Of a stretch of 32,000 nucleotides of DNA, positions 30,466 to 32,000 are shown piece after piece. The notes beneath the pieces were generated by a model that saw only the letters and a list, made by a program, of their open reading frames with translations, was not told the DNA's origin and did no database searches. Every line of letters starts with the position of its first letter. Positions within the stretch are counted from its first letter, which is position 1. The position numbers and the translations under genes were made by a program. This stretch comes from Candidatus Hermodarchaeota archaeon (GTDB lineage: Archaea > Asgardarchaeota > Heimdallarchaeia > Hodarchaeales > Hodarchaeaceae), in assembly GCA_048886185.1 (NCBI GenBank), contig JBHLKY010000003.1, forward strand, positions 150,595 through 182,594, given 5' to 3'.

Positions 30466-30573
30466 TGGTGGACCAGCCGAGATTCGAACTCGGGGGTTGT
30501 GGATATCCAGGGGTGAATCCCATGGAAACTCCGCCTTGCGAAGACGGCGTGATACCAGCTTCACCACTGGCCC
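30466..30573 (-). tRNA. trnA: tRNA-Ala(CGC), CCA encoded, with a 32-nt variable-loop intron (best fit 45/46, 30497-30528)
   Basis: GGGCCAG/CTGGTCC acceptor with the G3:U70 Ala identity pair, CCGTC-TTCGCAA-GGCGG, CCGAG-TTCGAAT-CTCGG. It is 76 nt after removing the insert. Confidence 0.93.
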
Positions 30574-30840
30574 AAATTTTATAAATGTTAAAAAAATCTT
30601 TTTGGAGAAGTTGGTATATGAGTTTCCTTAACATCTTTTTTTTACTACATAGTCTTTTTATCTTTTCTAAAAAATCTCCTGCTTGGTATCTTTATTCATA
30701 AAAGACTCATTTCACAACCTAAAAACAAATGGCCTTAATTTGTCTTAGAAAAAGATTGTAGAATTGAAAACTTTTGTTTCAGTTAACCCTTGTATCTTCT
30801 TATATGGAAAAGGGTAAATGGTGGAAAAAAGAGAGGTTCA

Positions 30841-31155
30841 CTAGCCAAATAAGGAGGATAAACCAAGATCATCCCCCTCTTCTTCCTCTTCTTCTTCTGC
30901 TTCTTTAGCTTTTTTTCCCTCTTTTCCCTCTTTTGAGGGTTCGGATGTACCTGAGACTCCTGGAACTGCAGCTGTCATCAGTGAAGCCCCTTTGATAGCT
31001 TCTTCAATGTTTATTGATGACAGTGTTGCTACAAGGGCCTTGATTTTTGATTCATCTGGTTTTCCACCGGCAGCCTTAATTATTGCTTCTATTCCTTTTT
31101 CAGTTACATCTTTACCTGTTGAGTGTAGAACCAGAGCAGCATGTAGATATTGCAA
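30841..31155 (-). CDS. rpl12: Ribosomal stalk protein aP1 (L12p)
   Basis: YLHAALVLHSTGK, AAGG, acidic hinge and GLSSLFG C-terminus; TTG start with GGAAGTGA SD. Confidence 0.96.
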   Translation of the reverse strand: MQYLHAALVLHSTGKDVTEKGIEAIIKAAGGKPDESKIKALVATLSSINIEEAIKGASLMTAAVPGVSGTSEPSKEGKEGKKAKEAEEEEEEEGDDLGLSSLFG

Positions 31156-31516
31156 TTATTGTCACTTCCTTATCATAATAGATCATTATTCTCTTTCGAG
31201 AATTACTAGTAAATTCTAACCATATTGTTAGCGTTTTTGCTTTATTCACACAACACATTATTAGTTAGAATTATCTTACTTCCATTTCTAGCATTTTTCA
31301 CAGTAAGTTTATCTGTGTAATGGAATAGATTCTAGCTATCTTGCAGAAAAAACTAGCCCACCTCCTACAAAAAAGCAATAGGGGTTCGTTAATAGCTATG
31401 AGAATTAATCAATAAATATATTTTAACTAGTCCCATGAAGAATACAATTTTATTTAACTTACCAATAAAAAAAATTAAAGGTTTCTTATTACCCTCCTTT
31501 TATTATAAGAGGAATT

Positions 31517-31715
31517 TGGGGACGGCCGGATTTGAACCGGCGATTTTCGGACATCCTGCGATTAGCAGAGATGACACCGAGTTTCCTCATTTTTCCAGAA
31601 CTTCATCATGAGTTTCAGTTAACCCAGTGGAGTTCACAGGGGGTTCTGGAGCCCGGCGCGATACTTACCCGGTCTTATTAGAAGCTAACAAGACCACTAG
31701 CTTCGCTACGTCCCC
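31517..31715 (-). tRNA. trnW: tRNA-Trp(CCA) with three introns: 18/19 (31665-31696, 32 nt), 37/38 (31583-31645, 63 nt), 45/46 (31545-31574, 30 nt)
   Basis: GGGGACG/CGTCCCC acceptor, GCGA/TCGC D stem, CCGGG-CT-CCA-G^A-CTCGG, GCCGG-TTCAAAT-CCGGC. The spliced product is 74 nt. Confidence 0.92.
31583..31645 (-). ncRNA. Intron-encoded box C/D guide RNA in pre-tRNA-Trp
   Basis: CTGA at 31618-31615, ATGATGA at 31609-31603, ATGA at 31590-31587. The antisense elements pair with tRNA positions 33-37 plus the junction and with 38-45. Confidence 0.8.
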
Positions 31716-32000
31716 AATGAACGCTTAATATATGGTTGTTTTCTAGGATGAGGAAGAAGGAGTTTATTTTTAATAATTTTCGGCCATTAATATAAACATT
31801 GTACCATATGTTAAAAAAATCATTCAACAGAGAGGCGCTTGACAGGATTGTTATTGATCTTGTTCTTAAAAGCAATTAATGATTTATGAAACTTACCTAG
31901 CAGAAAAAGCCTTAAAATTTTGGATACTAGGTTTCTTTGATGATATACAACGAACTACTGATGTTAAAAACAAGTAATATTCAAAAAATCAATAACAAAT

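Noticed and set aside
30443-30634. 63-aa minus-strand ORF
   Set aside because: It reads through tRNA-Ala(CGC) and is spurious.
31678-31875. 65-aa minus-strand ORF
   Set aside because: It overlaps the 5' part and leader of tRNA-Trp and has no motif.

Overview
AT-rich archaeal chromosome segment, most likely from an Asgard archaeon. That assignment is inferred from a stand-alone OSTC/OST3-OST6-like glycosylation subunit, an Asgard-style CxxC/His Zn-binding protein and long intergenic spacers. Most of the window is information-processing genes: METTL5-like methylase, S12, NusA, L30e, split RpoA'/A'', RpoD-L18e-L13-S9, DUF655-KsgA, a divergent TFB, two tandem EF-1alpha-family GTPases, S10-S7 and aP1. 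These occur as fragments of the usual archaeal superoperons. An accessory block of about 10 kb (7.6-17.4 kb) encodes a TadA/VirB11-like ATPase, a TadB/C-like platform, small hairpin membrane proteins and a large glycoprotein, with no recognisable class III pilin. The most striking feature is absent from the ORF track. All four tRNA genes (Ile-GAU, Ser-UGA, Ala-CGC, Trp-CCA) are interrupted, by 8 introns in total, 6 of them at non-canonical positions (8/9, 18/19 twice, 43/44, 45/46 twice). The Ser and Trp genes carry three introns each. The tRNA-Trp 37/38 intron contains a box C/D guide whose two antisense elements target C34 and C39 by the N+5 rule. A candidate free-standing C/D sRNA is also present. 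All structures were folded by hand and no database searches were run.
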